Shown: positions 31,251 through 41,649 of the stretch, piece by piece | Layout of the letters: every line of letters begins with the position of its first letter | Numbering within the stretch: position 1 is the first letter of the stretch | Virus record (IMG/VR): IMGVR_UViG_3300045988_162176 | Location: 150,143 to 214,142 of that record | Length of the DNA: 64,000 bases | DNA from: a virus | Strand: one strand, 5' to 3' | Notes under the pieces: model-generated | The model's database searches: none | What the model was told of the DNA's origin: nothing | The model's input: only the letters and a program-made list of their open reading frames with translations | Program-made: the position numbers and the translations under genes

Positions 31251-33146
31251 TCAATCCTTTACTTTCTTTGGAATCGTATGAGTAAACGTATTCATATCAT
31301 TAATACGAGACTCATACATTTCTTCCAAGCATTCGTTACAAATTACATCTTCATCTTCATTCAGTTCTTTTCCGCAAATTTGGCACTTTTTGATATTATA
31401 TGAAAACTCCTTAATGTCTGAAACATTAGTTCCAGCATTGGAAGAGTTACCAGTATTATCGTTGGTAATCTCATCATCATTCAATTTTGGTCTACCAACA
31501 GGGTTGGCGATTAAATTTTCTTGGTCTAAGACTTTTTCAACTTTAATATCTAAAGCTTTAAGATAAGCTTTAGCTTGTTGATAATCATCGACAGTCATGC
31601 CATTAGCTGACAAAAGTTTAGGGATAAAGCCTTCCAAACCAGACACGACTTGTTCTCTAAGAATTTTAATATCTTCACGAATATTAAAAATATCACCCCA
31701 AAGAGAGATTTTCCATTGGAATTTCAAATCAAAATTCTTATTAATCATTTCATTTAAAAAACTTTCGTATTGTCTGGTAAGGTAATCAATTCTAGCAGCC
31801 TAAATATATTGGGAAGCCTTAACAGAAGCGATAGAGGGTTTATCAGTAATACTCATAAGAGCAGAGTTGCCAGAAGTGGCGATTAAATCTCTAGTTCTAT
31901 CATAAATGATATCCATTGCTTCGGGCTGATTTTCAAGTGTGTGCAACTCAAAATCATTAAACGGTGCGAAGAAACCTAAGATATTTCCAGAAATATTACT
32001 TTCAAAGAAATCTTGATAACCAAGAATTGTATCAGGGGTAATAATTGTAGCATCGGACCGGGCCTTGGCATCCTTCGTAAGCGGAACTTCCGCAGTTAAA
32101 ACACTATTAACACCTTTACTAAGCAAGCTAGCTTGCAACCATTTATAGTCATCCAAGTCTGTCAAATCATCAAACAGACCAATAGTATCAGGAAATGCAT
32201 TAGGATGAGCGCCATCAAAATAAAATGTATAGCATAAATCTTGAGGAAGTCTTACCCAATACATATAGTTTTCTCCATTACTTTCCAAAATGTGACCATC
32301 AGGAAGTTTAGCTTTAGGAGAAATTCTCTTTTTCTTAGTTTTCTAATCTATAATGACAACACCTGTTTCCAACATTTGATTCCAGACATCCTGAATAAAT
32401 TGAGGATACTGGCTAACATCATAAGCTGGTTGAAGGAAAATTGCCATATTAAAAGCAATAGTAAACTGTTGCTTACTACCAAAGCCAATCAATTTAACCA
32501 TATCGGTATTAAGTTTTTGCATGACAAAGAAATTAACAACATTCTTATCATAGCTTGTACGAGGCAAGTAAGAAGATTTACCTTCCAAGCTCACCTAAGT
32601 AGTAATAGTTCTTAAGGTTAAATTTGGATTAAAAGCTTTTAAAATTTTATCCACTTTTTGACTTTCTTTTTTAAAAGCCTCTGTAGACATATCTTTTGAG
32701 TCAACATATTCTGGGATATAATAATAATTAAATAAGGGAGTATCTCTATTAAGTTTTACTAAAATATTATAAACATAATTAGTATAATACAGCCACATAC
32801 TGATTCTCTAAAAAGTCATTTCAGAGTTTTCAGGGTTATTCAGAGCGCTTTGTAATTCTTCTGCCTAAACTTTTTGAGCTTTAGCATTAATTTGTTTAAT
32901 ACGTTGATTTTGTAAAAACGGATTGTTTAATTGACTCCAAGACATAGCCCAAGCGCCAGCCAAATTATCAAAACCAGTAGAAGCGTATTTACCAAAAATA
33001 GTAGCCCATCTTTGCTGAATTGCTTTTAATGAGACATCTTCTTCAAGTTTATCTTGAGTCATAGTAATCATTTTAGCTTCTTCATTTACGACAGCTTTAG
33101 GCGATTCAACCTTTTTGGGTCTTCCTCTTTTTTTGGGACTATCCAA
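31251..33146 (-). CDS. Portal protein with C-terminal zinc-ribbon; 4 in-frame TAG
   Basis: Five ORF-track fragments (32865-33146, 32595-32798, 32343-32594, 31800-32288, 31251-31748) share one frame and all are separated by CTA (TAG). TTG start after GGGAGGA. The size (631 aa) and the position in the head-gene block, downstream of the terminase and tail-fibre genes, fit a portal. Confidence 0.65.
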
Positions 33147-33561
33147 TATTATTTCCTCCCTTCTTATTAATATTATCAGTCTCTTGAGACTTTTTAGCTT
33201 TTTCTTGTTCAGCTAAAATATGTTCGAAATTATCAAGAGCTTTCATAGTATCTCTCAATTTCTGTTGCTTTTCTATTTCATATCTTTGTTTTTCAATAGC
33301 AACCAAATTGTCTCTACACCATTCGATAACGAAATCATTTTCATTCATAATATTTTTCTCATTGACTTCTCTGACAATAAAATTACGAGCTGGTTTTAAA
33401 GATTTTTTCAATGTTGCATAAGCTTCATCTCTAAATTTATATTGAGCCAAAGCAAGATAAAGATTATCATCTTGATAAATAAATTTATAATACTTCCCAA
33501 TTTTAGAAAGCATTGATTCAAAACTATCAGTATTAAAATCACCGATTATTTTATAGACCAT
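33106..33561 (-). CDS. Hypothetical protein; 1 in-frame TAG near the end
   Basis: AAGGAG RBS. ORF 33139-33561 ends in TAG and continues 10 codons to a TGA at 33106. Confidence 0.5.
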
Positions 33562-33742
33562 TTCTATGCTCCTTATATTAAAATATGTCCTCTATAATGA
33601 ATATTAACGAGATTGCTCTTATTAATATTCACTAACAAAACATATAAAAAACTATTTTAAATCTTTTTTAAATCTTTTTTAAATAAGCAAGACTAATCCA
33701 ACCTCTACCATCAGCTAACTTACCCCAAGTTATACCAGAGAT

Positions 33743-34708
33743 TTATTCCTCGTCAACAATAGTTACGACAGAATTATAAGTTACAGCTCCATTTTTATTG
33801 TAATTAATACCAGCACCAGTTCTTATGTTGACACCAGAAGATGCTGTAATTTTACCTTTGTAATTTTTAAAGGTCTTAACTGAAGTAGCACTCTTTTTAA
33901 TATAAGTTAAACTTACCCAACCACTACCATCAGCCAACTTACCCCAACCATTATCTTCAAGAATAATAGAAACAACCGTTCCCTTTTTAAGAGTTCCAGC
34001 AATAGAAGAGGAAACAGAAGGCCCCTTACGAATTCTCAAAACAGAAGCGGTAACAACGCCAGAATAAGACACAGTGATTTCGGTATTAGAAGGCGCAACA
34101 GGAATTACCTTGCCCATCTTAGCAGCAACATCTTGTCTAAAAGTATCCATACTTTTACCAAAACGAGGGAACCAATTACGGGGGTCAGCATGATTAGAAG
34201 CGATACCTCTTTGATGTCCTTCATAGTGGCCAATAATTACGCCATCTGCAAGTGGGTCAAAATTATAAAGCTGACAAAGATAAGCTGCAAATTCAACAGC
34301 TTCTTTGTAAACCTTGTTAAAATAATTTGTGTCGCTTAAGCTATCTTCGCACATTTCAAAACTGATATGCGATAAATTCCGACTTCCTTTATTTCCCTTG
34401 CCACAATGCCAACCTTTGTAATTCCAAGGCAATGTTTGCACCGTAGCAATTTCACCATTAGCAAGTTTACCAATAAAAGCGTGAACACAAACATTCGTAT
34501 TAGATTTATTCCAAGCAGTACCACCGTTATTCTTACCAAGCTGCGAAATCAAAGTATTATAATTACTATCATTAGTAGAAGGCTGTACATATCTTTTCAA
34601 ATTGGGGTTATTACAACCAGTACTATGAACCATAATCCCTTTTGGAGTAATTTTCACTCCATTTTTATAACATCTATTCTATGTAAAAAGACATTTTAAT
34701 AATTTCAT
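33743..34708 (-). CDS. Endolysin: N-acetylmuramoyl-L-alanine amidase (Amidase_2/PGRP-like) plus SH3b domains; 1 in-frame TAG
   Basis: GIMVHSTGCNNP...GHYEGHQRGIASNHADP fits an amidase. The C-terminus has SH3b-like repeats (GWGKLADGSGWVSLTYIKK). AAAGGAG RBS and ATG at 34708, upstream of the ORF-track start. Confidence 0.75.
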
Positions 34709-34729
34709 TCTTTTTCTCCTTTTAAATCT

Positions 34730-35071
34730 TTACTCCTAAATAATACTTTGAATAATAGGAGTAATGGCTTCTATACCATATTTATCTGCCAATTGATTTA
34801 TAAATGACAAACTTATCTTCATTCTATTTTCCGCACGCTCTTTAAAACAATAGCACGCATTATATACAGCGACCTCTCCCCAAGACAAACCTACAACAGT
34901 AGCAAAAGAAGCTGTATCAGCTCCAACTGGTCCAAAGAAAATAAAAATTATAAATAATGAAGAAAGGGTAATGGTGGCAATCCAAGAAATAATTCCCCAT
35001 TTTTTCATTGTTGGTGTATTCTCCATCATCCTTTTAAATTTTTCGAAAATAGAGATTTTCTGTTTACTCAT
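34730..35071 (-). CDS. Holin-like membrane protein
   Basis: AAAGGAG RBS, ATG at 35071. Two hydrophobic segments. Lies immediately upstream of the endolysin. Confidence 0.55.
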
Positions 35072-35234
35072 AATATACTCCTTTCTATAATTATAAATTA
35101 AAATCTTTTTTAAATTTCTCAACTTTTTCTAATAATAAATTAAGGAACTTAAAACAAATTTTAATTTAACACACGCTCAAAAAGCCTTTAACTAATTTGA
35201 GCGTGTGCATTTTAATAATATTTAAATTTATAAA

Positions 35235-35822
35235 TTACTCATCTAATTCATTAATTCCGTCAACTTTCAGATGGTGAACTTTATTATCTCCTTCTCCTCC
35301 GTCATTCTAAACTTGTTGTTCAGAGAAATTGCTTTCGCCACCATCCAATATAGAATTAGTATATCCACTATTCAACGATGCTAACCAAAGCTCTTGGAAT
35401 TTTTCTTCGCTCCCCTTAAATCCAGCTTTTACAGCATAAGTGTATGGACTATCACTTTGCCCTACGCTCAAACTAAGATGCTGGTCTACAGGAACTCCAC
35501 TTATTACTTTATAAACATCACCTGTAGTATATAAAATTAAATCTCCATCTGTACTACCTTCTACAGCAGACCGAGGTTTACCATCAGAAATGTACCATTG
35601 CGAAGATTTACCTTCTAACCCCCTAGGAATGTAAAAATCAAGTTGTACATCTTTTTCTGTACCTACGTTTTCTACTCGCGCTTCTTCTGTTGCGTCTATG
35701 GTGTAAGTAGCATGAACTTTTACAGATACAGTTCCACTACTTCCACCACCTGAACTTCCTTCACCAGATAGCGCCGCCATACTATACAGTAAAGCAATAT
35801 TAGAGATAGCTTCATTTGCCAT
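35235..35822 (-). CDS. Tail fibre/receptor-binding-like protein; 1 in-frame TAG
   Basis: GGGAGGG RBS. Gly/Ser linker, then a beta-rich region. Extends past the TAG at 35307 to a TAA at 35235. Confidence 0.45.
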
Positions 35823-35836
35823 AATTCAGCCCTCCC

Positions 35837-36121
35837 TTATAACATTACGCTAATTACTGGGTCAGTACCGCTATAAGATAAACGTATTTGATAATACCGA
35901 GCAACTTCAAAAGAAGTAATTCCTTGGGGAGCGACTGCCGACTTAGTTAAATCTGCTTTAACACCTGAAATTTGAACATAATCACTTTCTTTTGTTAAAC
36001 GTCCTTCTACTTTTACACTTCCAGACTTAACCTCAAGTTTGACCATGTTAACTGAAGCAGGAACATGGAATTCACGCTCGCCGCCAGCGGTAAAGACTAC
36101 TTTTTCTTTCCTAACTATCAT
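35837..36121 (-). CDS. Hypothetical protein
   Basis: Intact ORF with AAAGGAG RBS. Confidence 0.5.
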   Translation of the reverse strand: MIVRKEKVVFTAGGEREFHVPASVNMVKLEVKSGSVKVEGRLTKESDYVQISGVKADLTKSAVAPQGITSFEVARYYQIRLSYSGTDPVISVML

Positions 36122-36232
36122 TAAAAGCTGTCACTCCTTTCTCTATAAATAAATATAACTTCATGTAAACAATTAATTATATAATTGAAAGTAGAATTAC
36201 ATTTAATTATAGTAATGTCTTTTTAATTTGTA

Positions 36233-36835
36233 TCAAACTATTTGATACCAAAAATCTCCAGATTTCAGTCCACTTGGTTCATTTTTCGAGACAACAACAT
36301 CAACTCCTGAACTAATAGAAACTGCTCCAGTCATTCCATTTACAGAAGTAACTGGATAAGGAGGCGGATTTGAAGAACTGTATTGTCTTTCGTTTGCGAC
36401 ACTTCCTAAACCAATATCCGACTTGATTTGAGCTGGAGTTCTACTATAAATCCAGCCATTGTTAATGACAGCAATTTTGTCAGATGTTGAACTTAGGTCT
36501 GTATTTGCAGTTGTCCTTAACCATGTCCCTATAACATAACCATTCGTCTGAATTTCTGCGCTACCAACAGTAAGTGTACCGCTCATTGTATCGCCAGACT
36601 TAGATACCGCACCCACATCAGACGCATTTAAGGTAACATTTCCATCTTTTGAATTTACTGAAGTTACTGGATAATTTACGCTAATAGTTCCATCATTAGT
36701 CACAGATATATTATTGCCTACTTTTACTATTCCTTTTTTAGTTTTAGTGGCGACATCTTCTTCGTGTATGGCACTAGAATCTACTATATCGTATATAGAC
36801 TAATTCGGAAGTTTAATCTTTTTTATGTTAGCCAC
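36233..36835 (-). CDS. Tail fibre protein; 1 in-frame TAG
   Basis: GTG start after GGAGG. (M)ANIKKIKLPN*SIYDIVD... followed by VTSVNSKDGNVTLNASDVG / VTSVNGMTGAVSI fibre-type repeats. Confidence 0.6.
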
Positions 36836-37018
36836 AATTTACCTCCTTTTTATCATAATGTTTTATTTTGCTTTTTATTTTTATTCTTTTATTTTAAACA
36901 CACTCCGAACTTCCACTTCCTGTTGCAATCTTAAAACGAATTGCTAATTCACCATTGAATAAAAATTCTAAATTTGTTTGTCTCTTAACTTAATTTATAA
37001 AAACAAAATATTTTTAAA

Positions 37019-37059
37019 ACATACCAAAGAGTCATTTTTTATTTAACTCTTTGGTATGT
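37019..37059 (-). terminator. Hairpin terminator next to the invertible segment
   Basis: 14-bp perfect stem ACATACCAAAGAGT/ACTCTTTGGTATGT with a 13-nt loop. T-rich tail on the minus strand. Confidence 0.6.
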
Positions 37060-37069
37060 TAATAATAAA

Positions 37070-37085
37070 AAATTTAGAATTTATT
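37070..37085. repeat. Left inverted repeat (IR-L) of the candidate invertible segment
   Basis: AAATTTAGAATTTATT on plus. Its exact reverse complement lies at 38428-38443. Confidence 0.7.
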
Positions 37086-37521
37086 CGATAGTGAAATAAC
37101 AAAACGCTCTTTGATTGCAACAGGAAGTTATATGGGAAATGGTCAATACGGGTCAACTCATCCCGTTGTAATTACATGTGGATTTAGACCGAAGGTATTT
37201 TGGGTATCTATCGAGTATGCACCAGCAGAAACTTATTATCCAAATCAATATTTTTCGTTTTCGGGTTTGTGTACGTTTCCTACAGGTTCTAGCACCATGG
37301 AGTCAAACGGCTCATTTTTGTTTATTGATAGTATGTCAATAACCGAATTTTTAGCGTTTCGCGGTCAATCTTCTTCTGAGCTATATTATTTTAATATTAA
37401 ATCAATCGACACAGGGATATCCATATATTGCAACGCTCCTTCAAATTCTGATACGGCTACCGCAGCGGGGATACAATTTAACTCCCAAAATGCGAAGTTT
37501 TATTACTATGCCATTGGCTAA
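37075..37521 (+). other. Silent, inverted alternative C-terminal cassette of the tail-fibre paralog family (no RBS, no conserved N-terminus)
   Basis: The plus-strand frame *NLFDSEITKRSLIATGSYMGNGQYGSTHPVVITCGFRP...IQFNSQNAKFYYYAIG is homologous to the C-terminal parts of 38824-39285 and 39495-40156 (GSYVGNGKYGVSNPNVITCGFTP...MQFNDMGKTYSYIIFG). This is the only plus-strand coding-like segment within the minus-strand block. Confidence 0.65.
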
Positions 37522-37655
37522 TCACATTCATAACTTTTTTGTCCTTACTCCAAGCCCCTTTTAGTCATCACTTCAATTTCTAGGATGAAGCGAAAATATT
37601 ATAACAGATTACAATATGAAAAATAAAAAAATTAACAATGAGAATGAATTAAACA

Positions 37656-38561
37656 TTAAGTGCCAAGGTATTTAATGTAGACAGCGCCGCGCCGTCCGAT
37701 ACCACCCCCACCGGCTCCGTACATTTTTGAAAGAACTCCTTTTCCGTAATTTATTACATAATCACCGCTGCTTGATGCAACTCCGTCAGCGCCAAGATTT
37801 CCAGTGCCTTTTCCAGGTGTTGTTGCGTTTGTAGCATTTCCCCCATTATCTACCGATTTTGACCCAAAAGATGTTTTTGAAGATGAGTTCGAACCAATTA
37901 CAACAGCAATAGAACTGCCCTTTGTCATTTGTACGTTGTCATAACTTTGACAAGAACTTCCTCCAGAAGCAAAATTACTATAATAATATTGACCGATTCC
38001 ACCCATACCATACAATTCAATATAGTATCTGCCAGTATGAGGTGCAGTCCATGTTCCAGAGGAAGTAATTATCCATTCAGCCCCCCCGCCCATATCATAT
38101 CCACCAATAGCAGCAAAGTAATATATTTCACTCTCCTTATTATACTGACTGGATACAGAATCTGAGGAAAATAACGAAAACGTTTTTCTATCAGTGGAAC
38201 TTGTTATAAAGCACACCCCAGAAGCAAATGTATTATAAAATACACCCTATGATTCCGTAACCATATTAGCTTGAATAATGTCCCAACCACGATTCTAACT
38301 CGTCATATAAGCTGGCATAAAAATAATTATTGGCTTAAACGGAAACGTCAATGTCGTCGGATGACTTGCTCCATACGTTCCTGTTCCCCTATATGTCCCA
38401 GTATATAAATATAAATCAGTACTGGTTAATAAATTCTAAATTTCATCATATGTTTTGCCACCAAGCTGTTGACTATTAAGAGCATTATAAGCAAGAGGCA
38501 ACAGACCATCATAATCTGTGCCATTGAATTTCTTCATGTTTATGTTGTAATTTTGTGACAT
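37656..38561 (-). CDS. Tail-fibre/receptor-binding paralog P3 (constant N-terminus plus variable C-terminus); 3 in-frame TAG
   Basis: ATG at 38561. MSQNYNINMKKFNGTDYDGLLPLAYNALNSQQLGGKTYDEI*NLLTSTDLY...; fragment 37656-38216 is in the same frame. Gly-rich C-terminus. Confidence 0.6.
38428..38443. repeat. Right inverted repeat (IR-R) of the candidate invertible segment, inside P3
   Basis: AATAAATTCTAAATTT on plus. On minus it reads gAA ATT TAG AAT TTA TT, at the exact end of the conserved N-terminal block. Confidence 0.7.
38439..38551. repeat. 113-bp perfect direct repeat, copy 1 (P3 N-terminus)
   Basis: Base-for-base identical to 39187-39299 in my hand alignment. Confidence 0.85.
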
Positions 38562-38823
38562 ATTTATCTTTTACTAAATCTAGAGTACAAGATAGAGTTA
38601 CGTCTGATTAAATTTAATTTTTTTAATTTAATAAAAAAGTAAAAGTAAAAACAAAAGTAAAAATATTTTTTAAGAGCAAAATATTTTAAAAAGTAAATAA
38701 AAATGCATTTTAAAATTTTGAATTAATAAATTGAATTAATAAAAGAGAATCTGATTACGCCATCTCATCCGCTGCTCTAATAGTTGACATAATATTAACT
38801 CCTTTTACATAATTAATATACAA

Positions 38824-39285
38824 TTAAGATTCTTGATATCCGAAAATGATATATGAATAAGTTTTACCCATATCGTTAAATTGCATCTCGGCTGTGTTAT
38901 ACGATGTGTTGCTATTGACATTATACCAACTAATATATGTATCTCCCCAAGTCGTTTTGTTGTAACGTACTTGGTCAACAAAACTCATTTTATCTGATAT
39001 AATAGCGCCATTTTGTGAGTAGTAATTCGAATAGCTGTCGTAAACATTCATGATATAAACTGGTGTAAAGCCACACGTAATAACATTTGGATTCGACACA
39101 CCGTATTTACCATTACCAACATAACTTCCCCATTTTGTTATAACATTTTTGCCACCAGTTCCAATTAAAGATTGCACATACTGGACAATTTCATCATATG
39201 TTTTGCCACCAAGCTGTTGACTATTAAGAGCATTATAAGCAAGAGGCAACAGACCATCATAATCTGTGCCATTGAATTTCTTCAT
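38824..39285 (-). CDS. Tail-fibre/receptor-binding paralog P2
   Basis: MKKFNGTDYDGLLPLAYNALNSQQLGGKTYDEIVQYVQSLIGTGGKNVITKWGSYVGNGKYG... The start is taken as ATG at 39285. No clear SD site. Confidence 0.55.
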   Translation of the reverse strand: MKKFNGTDYDGLLPLAYNALNSQQLGGKTYDEIVQYVQSLIGTGGKNVITKWGSYVGNGKYGVSNPNVITCGFTPVYIMNVYDSYSNYYSQNGAIISDKMSFVDQVRYNKTTWGDTYISWYNVNSNTSYNTAEMQFNDMGKTYSYIIFGYQES

Positions 39286-39299
39286 GTTTATGTTGTAAT
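39187..39299. repeat. 113-bp perfect direct repeat, copy 2 (P2 N-terminus)
   Basis: Identical to 38439-38551. Confidence 0.85.
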
Positions 39300-39494
39300 A
39301 AAAATGGAATTTTATTTGGCAATATATATAATACAATATAACATTCGAAATTCGTGCAAATTCGATACGAATTTTCGGAAATTGGCTCTAAATAAATGAA
39401 CGATTTTATCAGGCAATTTTATCAATTTTTTCTTTTTTATTTGCTTTTATTCTTTTTTTTACTTTTAATAATTTATTTTTTTGTTTTTTTGTAG

Positions 39495-40156
39495 TTACGT
39501 TGTTGCTTCCGTTAAAGCATACCACTAATATGTAATACCAGATTCGTTAAATTGATAAGATGCATCGCGTCTGTCATACTAGCTATAAGCATTGGTATTA
39601 TTAAACGATTCATACTGTGTCTGTGTTATAATAACACTTCCATTATTATAACTTAATGTTATACTAACATATTCGTCAAACTAGCCATAATCACCACTGT
39701 TTTTGTTAGCAAAAACTAAAAAAGTCTAATCTGGAATTAAATTAATAGCTATAAAACCTATATCATTATATGGTGAAAATGTTGTATTCGAACTCATTTG
39801 GGTTGAACGCATACAAGTGACATTAAATTTAGACCAGTTCTAAACTGTCCTGTTTACAAATTTTTTACCTGAATACGTTGGACTTACTGTAAAAAGTCCA
39901 TAAAAAAGCACTAATTTAGGTTTGGCTCCAACGTAAAAAGTGGTAGGACTTGTGTATACTCCGTTACCAACATAACTACCTGTAGCAATCCGACATAACC
40001 CTTCTCTAGCTTGGGTTATAATGTCAGATTTGCCCCCCCCCCTAGTTTTTCAGCGTTATTTGCATTTGTAGCAATATCCGCTAAATAAGCATGAGGGAGG
40101 ATATTATCATAATCAGTTCCATTGAACTGTTTAATATTAACATTATAATCACTCAT
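39495..40156 (-). pseudogene. Tail-fibre paralog P1, frameshifted at a G10 tract (off state, or assembly error)
   Basis: AGGAGG RBS, ATG at 40156. With 10 G the frame stops after 46 aa (TAA at 40016). One extra G restores ...KLGGGGKSDIITQAREGLCRIATGSYVGNGVYTSP... through to a TAA at 39495. Confidence 0.6.
40033..40042. repeat. Homopolymer C10 (G10 on the coding strand)
   Basis: Counted directly: tg + 10 c + tag. Confidence 0.95.
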
Positions 40157-40176
40157 AATTTAGTTATTAACCTCCT

Positions 40177-40818
40177 TTATTCAGTGATTTCTTTCCAACC
40201 AGCGGGATAAGCATCTGGACTATAAACATTAGAAGCAATTACGCTTTCATAAATTTTTCCGTTATAGCGTACCTTATCACCAATGGCATAAGCATCATGA
40301 GCCCCAGAGGGCTGCACAAAATCTTTTATTTCTTCGGTGGGAGTTGCAGGAGGAGTTTCTGGTTCAACTACCTCAGTACCACCGCTTTCAGTACTACCAC
40401 CTGTATAAACTTCCCAACCATGTACGTCAGGAGCCCAAACATTAGCATCAATCGTACTAATGTATTTCTTTCCATTGTATTCAACAATATCGCCTTTGTT
40501 ATATGCGTCAGTAGCACCAACAGGCTGTACCCACTTTGGAGTGCCATCTGCACTTACACCAACACGTTTGTAAAGACTGGTAGCTGAATCTGGAGTCCAA
40601 TTCGTTTGACTAGTATGGTCTTGAAGTACTTGATATAAACAAACATCTCCAACACTATCATATCCATATCTAAGCCATGTCCCTGTTTTGTAACTAATTC
40701 CGTTACCATTCCATTCAGGGTAAACACTCGCAATTATTAAAGCTTCTTCTTCAGTTAAATTGGCAGCATACATCTGAATAGCTCTTCTCATTTGTTCTGC
40801 GGCTTGCATACGGTTCAT
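40177..40818 (-). CDS. Protein with two CBM5/12-like carbohydrate-binding repeats
   Basis: AYNKGDIVEYNGKKYISTIDANVWAPD and AYAIGDKVRYNGKIYESVIASNVYSPD match the Y..GD.V.YNGK.Y...N.W.P pattern. Confidence 0.6.
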   Translation of the reverse strand: MNRMQAAEQMRRAIQMYAANLTEEEALIIASVYPEWNGNGISYKTGTWLRYGYDSVGDVCLYQVLQDHTSQTNWTPDSATSLYKRVGVSADGTPKWVQPVGATDAYNKGDIVEYNGKKYISTIDANVWAPDVHGWEVYTGGSTESGGTEVVEPETPPATPTEEIKDFVQPSGAHDAYAIGDKVRYNGKIYESVIASNVYSPDAYPAGWKEITE

Positions 40819-41160
40819 TTATTTGCCCTCCTCTTCCTTTGCAACATTTGATTGGTCACTATAGCCAATAAGAGCATTAAGAACATCGTCAGTAGTAGGT
40901 TCTGGTTCTTGAGGGTCAGGGTCAACTGGGTCAGGATGTTCCTTCTTCCATTTATCAAGTAATTCTTGATTACCTGTCATCTTTGTAGCTGTGTCCCCAT
41001 CAATCTCAAGATTTACGAACCCCATGAAAGGAACATAAACATTCATAATATCTTCTTCGGTGGTCCAAACATAACCATCAGGGGGGAATAATCCACTCCA
41101 AGTTTGATTACTACGAGAACCAGTTTCATTGGCATCACGCTGAATAATCCATCTATTCAT
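40819..41160 (-). CDS. Hypothetical protein with a Pro/Asp/Glu-rich linker (tail-fibre locus)
   Basis: Start taken at ATG 41160 after AAGGAAG. The ORF track begins at 41196, which has no RBS. Confidence 0.5.
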   Translation of the reverse strand: MNRWIIQRDANETGSRSNQTWSGLFPPDGYVWTTEEDIMNVYVPFMGFVNLEIDGDTATKMTGNQELLDKWKKEHPDPVDPDPQEPEPTTDDVLNALIGYSDQSNVAKEEEGK

Positions 41161-41560
41161 ACTTTTTTCTTCCTTTTTAAATTGTTTAAACAACATAATT
41201 ACAAAATAAATTATAAATCGAATAAATAATTACGTTGTGATGAATAAGAATCTTAGCCAGTAATAGCTATTTATTTGTAAACTCGTCCATTGTCTGCAAA
41301 TAATTAATTTGGACGCTATCAATTATTCGCTCTCTTATTCAAATTTTTTATGCTTTTTTCATGCTATAATTGTATCTGTATATCACATTTTTCGTATTAT
41401 AATTATACAAGTATAACACAAAAAGAGCATATTTATAAAATTTAATAATAATTTAATAACAATATAATAATAGTTAGATTTCATAAATACAGCTCTTTTT
41501 GCTTTTTAGATTATTAAGTTATAACAACAAAAATTATTTTTTGTTCGGAAGAAGTTGTTT

Positions 41561-41598
41561 TAAAAAACCGAGAGAAAGACATTATATCTCTCTCTCGG
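41561..41598 (-). terminator. Rho-independent terminator after the tail fibre gene
   Basis: CCGAGAGA/TCTCTCGG stem followed by T6 on minus. Confidence 0.65.
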
Positions 41599-41649
41599 TG
41601 TCGTATTAATTAAACTACTTTACAATAATTAATCTTATTCAGATTTAAA

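Noticed and set aside
38764-38799. 11-codon ORF (MSTIRAADEMA) with a good AAAGGAG RBS between fibre paralogs P2 and P3
   Set aside because: It is too short to support as a gene from sequence alone. It may be a leader peptide or a decayed gene start.
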